64,000 nt of DNA. It comes from a virus. The notes under the pieces are model-generated. The model was not told the origin of the DNA. It saw only the letters and a program-made list of their open reading frames with translations, and did not search any database. Within the stretch, counting starts at the first letter, position 1; each line of letters opens with the position of its first letter. This document shows, in pieces, positions 9,943 through 19,974 of the stretch. Position numbers and translations under genes: made by a program. Where the stretch lies: the IMG/VR virus record IMGVR_UViG_3300032164_000001. One strand, 5' to 3'.

Positions 9943-10557
9943 ATGCAACTGCCAACCATCATCTCCGACCTCGACGGCACGTACGTCAACATCCTGGATG
10001 TACTGCTAGACAGGCTATGGTGCTCGATGCACGTCGCGGTCAGCCCCGAATGCATCAAAGAATACAACGTCGCAGATTGTCTGTGGCGTCACAGCGAGGA
10101 GATACGACTACTATTTTTTGACATCGCTGCTCTGGATCGTTTCCTACGTGTGTCAATCTGGAACAGTCCAAGTGCATATGCTCTAGCCAGACCCTATTGG
10201 GATTGGCATGCAGCATTGCACGAGTTCTCCGGGCGCGATGGCCGGATCATCTTTCTGACCTCCAGGCCACCATTGACCGGCATTGTGAAAGCCACAACGG
10301 ATTGGCTGAATGAGATGGGACATGAGGACTGCGACCTGAGGTTCTCCAAGGCCTACGAGGGCGGCAAGCTCGAAGCCGTGCAAGAAGTCATCGACGAGGC
10401 GAAGTCAGAAGTCTGGCTCGTCGATGATGATACCTCTCTGCACCACGCGTGTGAAGAGAGAAGCATCCATCTGCTGATTCCCAAGCGCCATTGGACCATA
10501 GGATTCGAGACAGCAAATCCAACGGCAACACTGTTGGAGGCGTTGCAAAGGAAATAA
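9943..10557 (+). CDS. HAD-superfamily 5'(3')-deoxyribonucleotidase-like protein
   Basis: SDLDGT motif I, FLTSRP motif II, K, LVDD motif IV. Confidence 0.75.
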   Translation: MQLPTIISDLDGTYVNILDVLLDRLWCSMHVAVSPECIKEYNVADCLWRHSEEIRLLFFDIAALDRFLRVSIWNSPSAYALARPYWDWHAALHEFSGRDGRIIFLTSRPPLTGIVKATTDWLNEMGHEDCDLRFSKAYEGGKLEAVQEVIDEAKSEVWLVDDDTSLHHACEERSIHLLIPKRHWTIGFETANPTATLLEALQRK

Positions 10558-11289
10558 AAGATGCCAATATTCATGCTGACGTTCTCCAAAGAAGTAGATG
10601 TCTCGGTGGAAGCGGAATCGGAGGAGGCCCTGAGGAAAGCAGCGGAAGAAGCCAAGGATGACCTGGACTACTCCTGGGATACAGGCGACTGGGAGATCGC
10701 AATATTTCCTGTCAAACCAATAAAGGGGCAGATGCCTCAAGCGGAATGCGGACTGGTGGGCAACAAGATTCTGGAATATGACGAGTACGAGGAAGAGCTG
10801 GCAAAGAAGAAGGAGGCCGCACCGTGATCTACCTCGAGTGGAAGGACGAACCAGCTCCTACGGGTGCTGACAGTTCCATCTGGCACACGTTGCACGTCGG
10901 CTGTCGAGCTTGCAAGTATGCCGACGTCTATGGCGGTGGCGATGAGGCAGCACGGGAGAAAGTGGAGGAGGTGCTGCTTTCGCTTGCAATGCGCTCGGCT
11001 GCTGGGGCCAAGTGCGAGCACATGGAGGGCTATCTGCAAGGGTTGAAGGAACTGGTTGGCGGGCACAACTCAGAATACTGGCTGCTTCTGTTGAAGAAGT
11101 GCAAAGAGGAGACCCGGATAGTGCGGGTGCCAATACGGAAGAGAAGGCAGCGGAGTGCGCGTGCGTAGTCGGCAGATCTGGGGGCTGTTTCACCGGCTGT
11201 GGACAAAAGCCACGCACACCAATCGCTATGACAAGAAGGAATGGCTACAACTGGAAAAGATATTGTTGCAACTCGGAGTAGAGAACACC

Positions 11290-11694
11290 ATGCGCAAACA
11301 TGAAGAAATTGTTACCATGACACACAAAGAATACTTGGCCGGTGTTCTGCAGACAGAATCAAACGACGCTGCTGCCATCGAGGCACGGCTGCTAAAGAGC
11401 ATCAGGCTGCTTCATGCCATCATGGGCATCGTGACAGAGGCCGGAGAACTGACTGATGCACTGAAGAAGCACTTGTTCTACGGCAAGGAGCTCGATCGGA
11501 TCAACATTCTGGAAGAGCTCGGTGATCTCATGTACTACTTCAGCCTTGCCGTCAATACGATCGGATCTTCACTGGAAGAAGTCATGCGGACAAATCACGA
11601 CAAGTTGGCTGCCAGGTACAAGTCTGGATTCACCGTCGAGGAAACCATTCAACGCAACCTGGAAGCCGAGCGCAAAGCCTTGGAGAAGAAATGA
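11290..11694 (+). CDS. MazG-like nucleoside triphosphate pyrophosphohydrolase
   Basis: GIVTEAGELTDALKKHLFYG...EELGDLMYY...N..KL..RY. Confidence 0.9.
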   Translation: MRKHEEIVTMTHKEYLAGVLQTESNDAAAIEARLLKSIRLLHAIMGIVTEAGELTDALKKHLFYGKELDRINILEELGDLMYYFSLAVNTIGSSLEEVMRTNHDKLAARYKSGFTVEETIQRNLEAERKALEKK

Positions 11695-11938
11695 GAGCGC
11701 TGCTTGCCCTAGTAGCATTCCTGTCAGGGTGCACAGACATGCCTGACGCACGGGAAGAACTGGCCAAGCGTGGCTGGACAGTTCTACAAGAGCAACGAGA
11801 GTTTCTCCCGGGACTGACACGATGCAACGGACCCACGGTTGCCAGACTGGCCGTGCGCGACCGCAATGGTAGTCGCACGACTGCCTACGTGTGTGGGGGC
11901 AAGCCCAGAGTCATTGCTCTGGCAAAGGTGGAGTAGAG

Positions 11939-12337
11939 ATGATCGAGGACTCACGACTACCGTCCATAATGCCGCATATTGAGAAAGACTGCGGGCCGAC
12001 TGAACCAGTCTCTACGCCTGCAATATTGCCCGCAGGATGGAAACGACTAGACACCTTTTCGTACCGGCACCGAGGCGGGCTATGCGTCATCGTCTCTCAA
12101 GCCATGGAGCGCGATGGCCGACACTGGTTGCACGTCAGTGTCAGTCACCACGACCGGCTGCCAACATGGGAAGAACTGACAGCAGTGAAGGAGATTTTCA
12201 TGGGGACTACCTCTCTGGCCCTACAGGTATTTCCACCACGAAACGAATGGGTCAACGATTGTTCCAATGTCCTCCACCTCTGGTGCTGCATCGAATCGCG
12301 GCCAGTGCCGGACTTCCGACGACGCGGAACGCTGTGA
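11939..12337 (+). CDS. Conserved phage protein (WLHVSVS..RLPTWEE family)
   Basis: HVSVSH..RLPTWEEL..VKE.F...VN...NVLHLW. Confidence 0.65.
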   Translation: MIEDSRLPSIMPHIEKDCGPTEPVSTPAILPAGWKRLDTFSYRHRGGLCVIVSQAMERDGRHWLHVSVSHHDRLPTWEELTAVKEIFMGTTSLALQVFPPRNEWVNDCSNVLHLWCCIESRPVPDFRRRGTL

Positions 12338-13153
12338 TGCAGGCCGGACATGCTCATTGATCAAATACGTAAGCAGGTAGAGCTAACATTCGAAGTCTCA
12401 AAATGCAAGAAGGAAATGGAAAGCAGGTTGGTAGTAGCCTGCAATAACGGAGCTGGGTGTGTCCTATACGCTATTGGTTCGTGTTGGGAAGCTTGGTACG
12501 AGGGCTCATGCAGTTACGTGCTTGACGACAACGGACTTGATGATGCTCCGGATGGAATCAGCATTTGGGAAGGGCGTATGCTTAGCTGGGGGCCTGACTA
12601 CAATGGAGAGTATGACGCTGAGCTGCGCGGAGAATTTCGTAATCTAACCGAAAAAGAGTGGAAATTGCTGGCTGAGGGTTGCGCACCTTGGGATGAAAAG
12701 GAATGGTTGAAATGACTCGAAAGAAGAAACCACAGAGAGCTGAGTGCCTTGTCTGTGACCCCGTCAGATGATTGGGGTATGTGATGAGAGGAGAAATATG
12801 AATACTACGTTAATCATTGAAATCAAGATTGTCGAACCAGGACATACGTCTTGTAGTGTTTGGGTTCCAGAACGATCTCATGTACTGGTACATGAAGAGG
12901 TTTATATTACAGAGGAGACAAAACCTTCTGAGAGTTGTTCGTGTGGCCAGGGCAAGATTCCCGAAAAGAAGATCTACTTTTGTCAAGGTCCTCGGGGCCA
13001 AATTAGCGGTTTCTCTGTAGCTAATGCAGTAGCTAACTATTGCCAGAGTATTGTTAAATGGTTTACGTGATACATGAAGTGTGTTTGCTGCAACGCAGAG
13101 ATAACAGAACTCACTGGAGCTTTTTGCCTCAAGTGCGGAGAGGATGATTCACA

Positions 13154-13540
13154 ATGATTACAGGAGACCAAGTTCTGGCTCATTTGGTAGGAGATTACTT
13201 TCTACAATCCGACTGGATGGCTACAACTAAGAAGGAACGAATTTTACCTTGTTTCTTTCATGCTGTACTGTATGTACTACCATTCCTGTTTCTGACCAGA
13301 AGTTGGAAGGCGTTGATTGTAATAGGAGTGTCTCATTTTCTAATAGACCACTGGAAGCTTCCTCAGGTTCTGGGTTGGTTAAAGAACTTCCTGGCGCCCA
13401 GATCAACTTGGGTTTCATGGTCGAAGTCCAACTTGGGCTTTCAACCAGATCGTCCTATTTGGTTGGTGGTGTGGTTAGTTATTATATTGGACAATACGCT
13501 ACATGTAGCTGTTAATGGCTTTTGTCTACGATGGATGTGA
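13154..13540 (+). CDS. DUF3307-like membrane protein
   Basis: AHLVGDYFLQSDWMA, HAVLY, SHFLIDH, DNTLH. Confidence 0.8.
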   Translation: MITGDQVLAHLVGDYFLQSDWMATTKKERILPCFFHAVLYVLPFLFLTRSWKALIVIGVSHFLIDHWKLPQVLGWLKNFLAPRSTWVSWSKSNLGFQPDRPIWLVVWLVIILDNTLHVAVNGFCLRWM

Positions 13541-15562
13541 GGATTAACGATGCTAAAGGGACCGGTAAATGACGTAGAACTATCTGAAGCACTGATAGTC
13601 GAGTTAATAGAAGTTGCAAGGACTCCAGTCTAACAGAAGGAAATGACCAGGATGTGGGTAGGTATCATAGTCGGATTCATGTTGGGTATCTGTATCACGT
13701 TACTAACAGGACTTTGGATTGAATACCTCGCAAACAGAGAATACTGGCTCTTGAAGTTCTTATTCCCACTTTGGATGTCTAGACGTACATTCAAGAGAGC
13801 TGTTATTGAACGTGAGATTTTCGCTATCTTCGGAGATCCAAAGAGATGACTGACCCTATATGGCAAGAAGCCCACGAAGAATCGATACGTCGACGCACCA
13901 GACTACTACGAAGGATGGTTGGTGATGAGATGAAAAAGTGGTGGTTACTTGTTCAAGGGTCTTTGATGTTTGCGCTTTGTGTTGTACACCTGCATTCGAA
14001 TCCAATAGCTAATCGCGCATGGTATATCTCTGGGCTGATTTGCGGTTTCGCATGCCTGGTAATGAGTACAGTGGAATGGCTTAGACCAATAGAAAGAATG
14101 TACAAGAAGGCCATATCCAAAGTTCCCTTCACGGATGGCGACGCAGTTCACACCGGCCCTTATCGAACTAATGAAGTGCCACTGGCACAGGATGAGCTGG
14201 GTGGTGCGTCATCTTGTGATACCATTCTCCGACTATTAGAAAGAGAGCCAGCGGAGTCTTTTGCAATAGTAGCCGACGGAGTGAAATTGATTGTATCTCC
14301 TAAGTTGGAAATACGAGTCTCTCCTTACTATAGCAGATTGTCTGTTTGCGATCCCACAAAACACTCAAGCAAACCAGTATGGCGTAGCCTGACTACTACT
14401 TATCGCCAAGACAGAAGAGCAAAGAAGATATGGTCGTGTGTTTCATCACAGTTAGAGACTAAACAACAAGAGGACCTTGCTAAGGCTGTAGCGCAGGAAC
14501 TGCAATATAAGAGGAAAGGTGAACTATGATTACAGGAAACCAAGTTCTGGCTCAATAGGAGTAGTGATGATCAGCTTTGAAGACTTCCGCCTCGCCGACG
14601 GCAACATCGACTGGAGAGCCCTTCAGCAGGCAGAGGTGAAAGCAGGAGAGCGCTGTTATCGATGCTACGCGATGATACGTCCGCTCACGAAGTCAACTGG
14701 CGAGCGGCTGTGCTATGACTGCAAACAACTCGATGAGGCCAAGACGGAAGAGGTCGAACACCAGAGGCTCATACGTTGTCCGAAGTGCAGTCACCTGTCG
14801 GACGTCACGGAATGGGATTGCGACTACGCTGAAGTGTTCACCGATGGTGAGCACGACGTGCAATGCGATGAATGCCAACACGAGTTCGATATCTCCACGC
14901 GCGTGGAGTTCTATTTCACCAGCCCAAAACTAGACGGAGGAGGTTGACAGTGAGCAATTACACTCTGGAAGAATGCCGGAACATGATATCTGGTGCTCTG
15001 TTTGACTTCTGCACGTATCTCACTGGCCGCCCTTGTCACGAAACGCTGCAGGGCAGTGGATTCAAAATCGGGGCTGAGCATGATGTCTATCCAGTGCTGG
15101 AGGCGCTCAAGGCGTGGGCGCAGCTGCGCGGGAACACCGATGCCTGGCTCGACCATCCAGACGTTCGCGACTGGAATCACATCCTGCTCACCTGTGAGCA
15201 TCCATCGGCACAAATCGATAGGCTGGCCAAAGTGATCCTCAACCTGTGCTCCGAGCGCATCATCGAAGGCAAATCGGCCTGTGATATCGCAACAGACGTC
15301 ATCAAAGAGCGCTACCATTGAAAGGACAGAATGCGTTGTACATGTGATGACTTCAGTGACTCCCCATGTCCCGAACACGGATATGGAGAATTCGAATGCG
15401 ATTGCGGCGTTCGCTTTGGGGCACCACTCGTCGCCAAGAACCTCATGATCATCGAGTGCCCTAAATGCAAACAGCGGTATGTTGGCGAAGAAGATATGGG
15501 TAACGGCTACTGGAGAAACGTCGGTACCGTGCCTGCCGGGCCCAAGGTATGAAGGATATGAG

Positions 15563-16093
15563 ATGAAAACGGTGGTCGGCAACATCTGGAACATCTCCAC
15601 ACGGAATGACGCGATCGTGATCCCCGTGAACGTGGGATGGCGGGCACGGAACAACAAGGCGGTGATGGGCCGAGGCCTTGCTCGAGAGGCAGTGCGTCGT
15701 TGGCCGTGGCTGCAGGACGAATGGGGTATCTACTGCAAGACGGTGGGTGCGGACGCCGTCCCTCTGGCCTGGCGGACTGACAGCAAGTGGTGTCGATACG
15801 TCGTGGCCTTCCCGACGAAGCCGCTGAATGTCGAAGAGCCCTGGCTCTCATGGAGAAGTGAGTCCTCCCTGAAACTGATTCGTGACATGCTCCCCCATCT
15901 CAACACGGTCGCCCTCGCCATTACGAAGTTCGCCACGGAGCACGCGGAACCCCTGCCGATGATACTGGTGCCAAGCCTCGGCTGTGGCAACGGTGGCCTG
16001 GAGGAGAAGGACGTGCTTCCTCTCATGGAGACATTGGCACATCCGAACTTCATCCATGTGCAGTACAACTCGCTTCCCTTCCCTAAAGTGTAA
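15563..16093 (+). CDS. Macro-domain (ADP-ribose-processing, DarG/Poa1-like) protein
   Basis: GNIW...IPVNVG...VMGRGLA...FPTK...PSLGCGNGGL. Confidence 0.85.
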   Translation: MKTVVGNIWNISTRNDAIVIPVNVGWRARNNKAVMGRGLAREAVRRWPWLQDEWGIYCKTVGADAVPLAWRTDSKWCRYVVAFPTKPLNVEEPWLSWRSESSLKLIRDMLPHLNTVALAITKFATEHAEPLPMILVPSLGCGNGGLEEKDVLPLMETLAHPNFIHVQYNSLPFPKV

Positions 16094-16094
16094 T

Positions 16095-16634
16095 ATGCGC
16101 CAACCTAGCGGCGCGGTGGCCTGTGTCGGTCGCAGGAAAGAGATGCCACACTCCATGCGTTGCTACCTGGAGTTCATCGGGGCGCACTACGCCGAGATGG
16201 GCTTCACGGTGAGCACAGGGAACGCTCCCGGGTCGGATCAGCTGTTCGCCCTTGGTGCAGGCTGGCAGGATGCAAGCAAGGTAGAGCTCTACCTGCCCTG
16301 GCAGACATTCGAGAGGAAGGCGATCCTGGAGGGGAATCAGATATGGGTTGCCAAAGAGGCCTTGGACATTCATCTCGAGCTGGCGGAGAGTGCAACCAAC
16401 AACTGGAAGCACAAGTCGGACGCCGTGAAGCTGCTCCTGATTCGTGACGCCATGATCGTCGTGCGCTGGAACCAACCCGTCGACCTCGTGCTGGCGTATC
16501 CAGACTACTCGGTTGCAGGTTGGGGCGGCACTGGTCACACGATGCGCGTGGCAGGCATGCTGGGAATTCCCGTGTGGCTCATCGACCGAGGAACGTTCTG
16601 GTCGATCAACGAGGGCATGCCCACTTCTTCCTGA
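16095..16634 (+). CDS. SLOG-superfamily (DprA/YpsA-like) protein
   Basis: ACVGRR, STGNAPGSDQLF, YLPWQTF, GGTGHTMRVA...IPV. Confidence 0.75.
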   Translation: MRQPSGAVACVGRRKEMPHSMRCYLEFIGAHYAEMGFTVSTGNAPGSDQLFALGAGWQDASKVELYLPWQTFERKAILEGNQIWVAKEALDIHLELAESATNNWKHKSDAVKLLLIRDAMIVVRWNQPVDLVLAYPDYSVAGWGGTGHTMRVAGMLGIPVWLIDRGTFWSINEGMPTSS

Positions 16635-16669
16635 ATCCTCAGTTTCTTCTCGACATCGCCCTAGTTTTC

Positions 16670-16740
16670 TTGACACGCAGGCGCAGTTCGGTCTAAAATA
16701 CGGGCGGCTTGGGTGGGGTAAGGTTATGTATATGGGGGTT
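16670..16740 (+). promoter_or_regulatory. Repeat A copy 2
   Basis: TTGACA-18-TAAAAT-ACGGGCGGCTTGGGTGGGGTAAGGTTATGTATATGGGGG. Confidence 0.85.
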
Positions 16741-16823
16741 TTCTACTTGCACATCGAATACATAAGGTCAAGTCTTGAATAAAACAGTGTCGCCCTTTAC
16801 AGCTTGGTGAAGGGAGCGGTGCA

Positions 16824-17432
16824 ATGACCAAACTTGCTGGACGACAGATTCCAAGTCTTGACGCATTGCGTGAATTGTTCAAGCTACTCGGAGAGAACGG
16901 AACCGCTCTTGAGGAGCGAGACCGCAAGCTGCTCATCATCTGGGAGACACGTGCGCGCGAGCGTGTTCTGAACAAGAGCCCGAGCCCGCTGGCTGCACCG
17001 CATCGATGGAAACTTCCGGACGAACGGCAGAGTCTGACGCATCGATTCCAGATGACAGAGGAGAACGGCGGGCCGTTGAAGGCCTATCTGACTTTCGGGA
17101 TGTACGCCGATGGCAAACTGGGGGAGCTGTTCTGCAGCATCGCAAAGGAGGGTTCCTTCGTTTCAGGGATCATGGATGCTCTGACGTGCGTCATCTCCAT
17201 CGGCTTGCAGTACGGTGTGCCCCTTGACATGTTCACACAGCGTTTTCGCTACTCGAAGTTTCAACCGGCGGGCATTGTGCAAGGAGCGCCGGAGGCACTG
17301 AAGGGTCATGGCTTCTTCAGCTCAATCCTGGACTACATCGCGGCGGTCTTGGAACTGCGCTTCCCATCCGGTTTGCTGCATGCCCCCGACGCGCCACATT
17401 TGTTGCCCAAACCGTTGGCTTCTACGACCTGA
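16824..17432 (+). CDS. Stand-alone class II ribonucleotide reductase C-terminal (TSCPD-like) domain
   Basis: RWKLPDERQSLTHRF...YLTFGMYADG.LGELF..IAKEGS...SIGLQYGVPL...KFQPAG...SILDYI. Confidence 0.8.
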   Translation: MTKLAGRQIPSLDALRELFKLLGENGTALEERDRKLLIIWETRARERVLNKSPSPLAAPHRWKLPDERQSLTHRFQMTEENGGPLKAYLTFGMYADGKLGELFCSIAKEGSFVSGIMDALTCVISIGLQYGVPLDMFTQRFRYSKFQPAGIVQGAPEALKGHGFFSSILDYIAAVLELRFPSGLLHAPDAPHLLPKPLASTT

Positions 17433-17620
17433 CTGGAGGACACAGAATGCTCATCTTGATCATGTGCTTGCTACTTGCTCTTTCCGTCATCCTGATCGGC
17501 TCACCGGCCTGGAAGAACCCGCCCGTGGGCGTGGGAATGCTGATCGCCGCAGCCGCAGCGGCCGTCTGCATCTACCAGATGCTTGGCCATCGTTAACAGG
17601 CTGCAGGCCTCGTCTGAGGG

Positions 17621-17695
17621 TGCCCGCGGAGGGAGTCGAACCCCCACCCATCTAGCCTCCTTACGGCGTAGTGCTCACCAATGAGCTACGCGGGC
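17621..17695 (-). ncRNA. tRNA-like RNA with a bulged anticodon stem (loop GUAAGGA, nominal anticodon AAG)
   Basis: Acceptor GCCCGCG/CGCGGGC-A; D arm GCTC-ATTGGT-GAGC; T arm GGGGG-TTCGACT-CCCTC; anticodon arm CTA(C)GCC/GGCTAG. Confidence 0.75.
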
Positions 17696-17699
17696 ACAG

Positions 17700-17775
17700 T
17701 GGGGCGGGGAGGAGTTGCACACTCCGACCTCTCTGCCAACGACGACAGAGCGCTCTACTGCTGAGCTACCGTCCC
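17700..17775 (-). ncRNA. tRNA-like RNA with non-canonical anticodon loop and T arm
   Basis: Acceptor GGGACGG/CCGCCCC-A (6/7 paired); D arm GCTC-AGCAGTA-GAGC; CTCTG-10 nt-CAGAG; T arm GGAG(T)G-TGCAACT-CCTCC. Confidence 0.7.
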
Positions 17776-17782
17776 CGAGCGC

Positions 17783-17807
17783 TCCCCGCCAGTATGTAAA
17801 CGGGGAG
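17783..17807 (+). repeat. Repeat B copy (TCCCCG-CCAGTATGTAAA-CGGGGAG hairpin)
   Basis: Identical 25-mer at 47343, 47633, 48907, 49931, 50401 and 50491. Confidence 0.95.
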
Positions 17808-17868
17808 TACGTTAGTGGGCCCATTCCCATAAACGGGGAGCACGTTCGTGGGCCCATTTCCATATTCT

Positions 17869-18223
17869 CTATCTGAGCAGCCTGAGACTGCTCAGGTACT
17901 TCTTCAACACGCTCCTTGGAGCTGGCTCGAGGCCAAGAGCCATGAGCTCACCCCTGTAGGGCTCATCTGATTCGCGGATTTGCTTGTGCCTGATGCCGGC
18001 AGCCTGAAGCCTGCTGGAGAGCTGCTCGAGCTCGGCACTGCCGTTGACAGCGAGAACCACGGCGTAGGTGCCCTCGGGCAAGAGCCCGGGAGAAGACTCG
18101 CCGGCGGCGTGCACGGCTTGCACCGCAGCCATACCACGGGGCAAGTCATCACGGACTACGACGTAATGGGTTGTCGGATTGACTGGTTCGGTTCTAAGGG
18201 CGAGGTCGGCGTTAAGGGTGCAT
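17869..18223 (-). CDS. Peptidyl-tRNA hydrolase 2 (Pth2/PTRHD1-like); start uncertain, possible +1 frameshift
   Basis: HYVVVRDDLPRG.AAVQAVHA...VVLAV...EL..L...L...GI.H..IRE...GELMALGLEP.PR...KKYLSSLRLL. Confidence 0.8.
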
Positions 18224-18413
18224 GCCTGACTTCCTGGTTGATGAGATACTCTAGGGTAAGCACGCTGAGTTGCTCTGTCAAGCGGTCGGCGAGCTCTTCT
18301 CTGAACGCAACAATAGCATTGGCGCAACCCCAACACAGGGGCTCGGTCAGGCCGGTTAGATGGCCGGTAGCGGGATGCGATGCTCCCCTACATCTGATGC
18401 ACGGTACGGACAT
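18156..18413 (-). CDS. Small Cys/His zinc-finger-like protein
   Basis: CIRC...H...H...CWGC; a TTGACA at 18471-18466 lies upstream on the - strand. Confidence 0.5.
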   Translation of the reverse strand: MSVPCIRCRGASHPATGHLTGLTEPLCWGCANAIVAFREELADRLTEQLSVLTLEYLINQEVRHAPLTPTSPLEPNQSIRQPITS

Positions 18414-18503
18414 ATCTGCTGCACTGATGGCATGCTTACCTTATCTATAGCAAGAGATGAAGAAGTGTCAAGTGTGAAGTGAATGATTTCAACGGGTGGA
18501 TAG

Positions 18504-18542
18504 CGAAATGGCGGCTAACTCGAGGAAATTAGCCGCCATTTC
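18504..18542. terminator. Strong hairpin, possible terminator
   Basis: GAAATGGCGGCTAA-N10-TTAGCCGCCATTTC, 14-bp perfect stem. Confidence 0.6.
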
Positions 18543-18671
18543 TTCAATCGCAATTTACCCGTAAGGAGGACGGGTGTGCATCTACGCTAGTTCACGGCGA
18601 GATGCAAGACAGCCAAGAAGTCAGATTAGACCGTCTGGAGGACAAAATCAAGAACAATTCAGGGATGTGTC

Positions 18672-19493
18672 TTACCTGCGCCAGCCGGATGGTGGCTTGC
18701 AGAAACTGGCGCCCGGAAATGCTTGTGGAATCTGCGCCTTCGGTGCGATGTCAAGATTGACTCCGCGCTTGCGTAGGCCCTCCCTCGAGTCATAGAAGAT
18801 CTCCAGCACGTCCGCGGGAGCGGTGGTTGCCTTGACGAAGCTCACCTCCGAAACACGATGCTCACTGGCCTGGCCAAACCCGGTACCGACGCTCTGCTGA
18901 ACGAAGTTCACGTTCTCTACATGCTCGCTCTTGAGTTGATCACCACCGAAGCTGTAGGAGTGACAGCTCGCGTTGTACGCAAAGGTGTCAGGCGCGACGT
19001 TCGTCTGGCTCGTACCATATACTGGACTGTGTGAGGGCGTGTAGTAGTACTGACAAGGCTGGCAGGGAGGATGCGATGTGGTGAGCCGCCAGGTGTGGAT
19101 GATTGAATCCACGTGCACGTGCTCGTGAAAGACGGCAAGGCCGATGACGCCCACGTTGCGCGACGTGACTGTCTTCGTGGCATAGGCCTCGGCCAGCTTG
19201 GAGAAGATGAACTTGGCCACTTCTTCATTGGAGACACGCCAGCCAGGAATGTCGAGGTGAGAGTTGGCCTGGAGCACATAGCCGTTCGAGTTGACACCGG
19301 CCAGCTCTCCATCCATCACGGACAGTCCGTCGACGGATGGAACGGCTAGGACGCGGGCGTGGCTCCGGTTCAGAATGCGGAGTATGAACTCGCTTCCCTT
19401 CCGTCCCTCGATGTAGCACTTGCCTTCGTGTCGCCACTCACGCACGGACTTGCCATGCACGCGCACCTCGAGCGTGCAGATCCTGCTTTCCAT
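18672..19493 (-). CDS. Conserved hypothetical protein (SVDGLSV..GY...IPGWR / GVIG / GTGFG family)
   Basis: Recognisable motifs; GAGGAG RBS; - strand promoter TTGACA(19591)-18-TAAGGT. Confidence 0.7.
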   Translation of the reverse strand: MESRICTLEVRVHGKSVREWRHEGKCYIEGRKGSEFILRILNRSHARVLAVPSVDGLSVMDGELAGVNSNGYVLQANSHLDIPGWRVSNEEVAKFIFSKLAEAYATKTVTSRNVGVIGLAVFHEHVHVDSIIHTWRLTTSHPPCQPCQYYYTPSHSPVYGTSQTNVAPDTFAYNASCHSYSFGGDQLKSEHVENVNFVQQSVGTGFGQASEHRVSEVSFVKATTAPADVLEIFYDSREGLRKRGVNLDIAPKAQIPQAFPGASFCKPPSGWRR

Positions 19494-19604
19494 GAATTTT
19501 CTCCTCGGTCGTCTTCTGCCAGGCACCACGCCTGGACTTCATGCGACCACTTTTGCCGTCAACCTTAATCGCCCAGCGAGTCAGCTGTCAAGGCGATTTT
19601 TTCA

Positions 19605-19676
19605 TTGACAGGGTAACGGGAATGTACTAAAATACGGGCGGCTTGGGTGGGGTAAGGTTATTGTATGTAGGGTTTT
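19605..19676 (+). promoter_or_regulatory. Repeat A copy 3
   Basis: TTGACA-17-TAAAAT plus the G-rich leader. Confidence 0.85.
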
Positions 19677-19907
19677 CTGCTTGCCCATCGTCGGAGAAGG
19701 GACGTCCATGAAGACGGTGACGATCAGCCTCACAGCGGGCGCTCTTGATGAGCTCCAGAGCTGGCTCCTCATCAAGCAGGTTGCCGGGCACAACGTTGGC
19801 CGTGACTACGACCTGGCGGTTCAAGTGCTGGGGGCCAAGGACGGCGGGAGGGTGGAACTGGCCGGGCGGGATGAGAATCACATGCACAAAAAAGTAGCAT
19901 CTAGTTC

Positions 19908-19936
19908 TTGACAGCAGACTCACTCTTTGCTAAAGT
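19908..19936 (+). promoter_or_regulatory. Promoter for the tRNA-mimic/vWA locus
   Basis: TTGACA-17-TAAAGT, about 40 nt upstream of RNA1. A second extended -10 (TGaTATAAT, 20186-20194) precedes RNA2. Confidence 0.65.
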
Positions 19937-19974
19937 GGTCACTGTTTGCTGGCTGTACCCGAAAAACTGAATAC

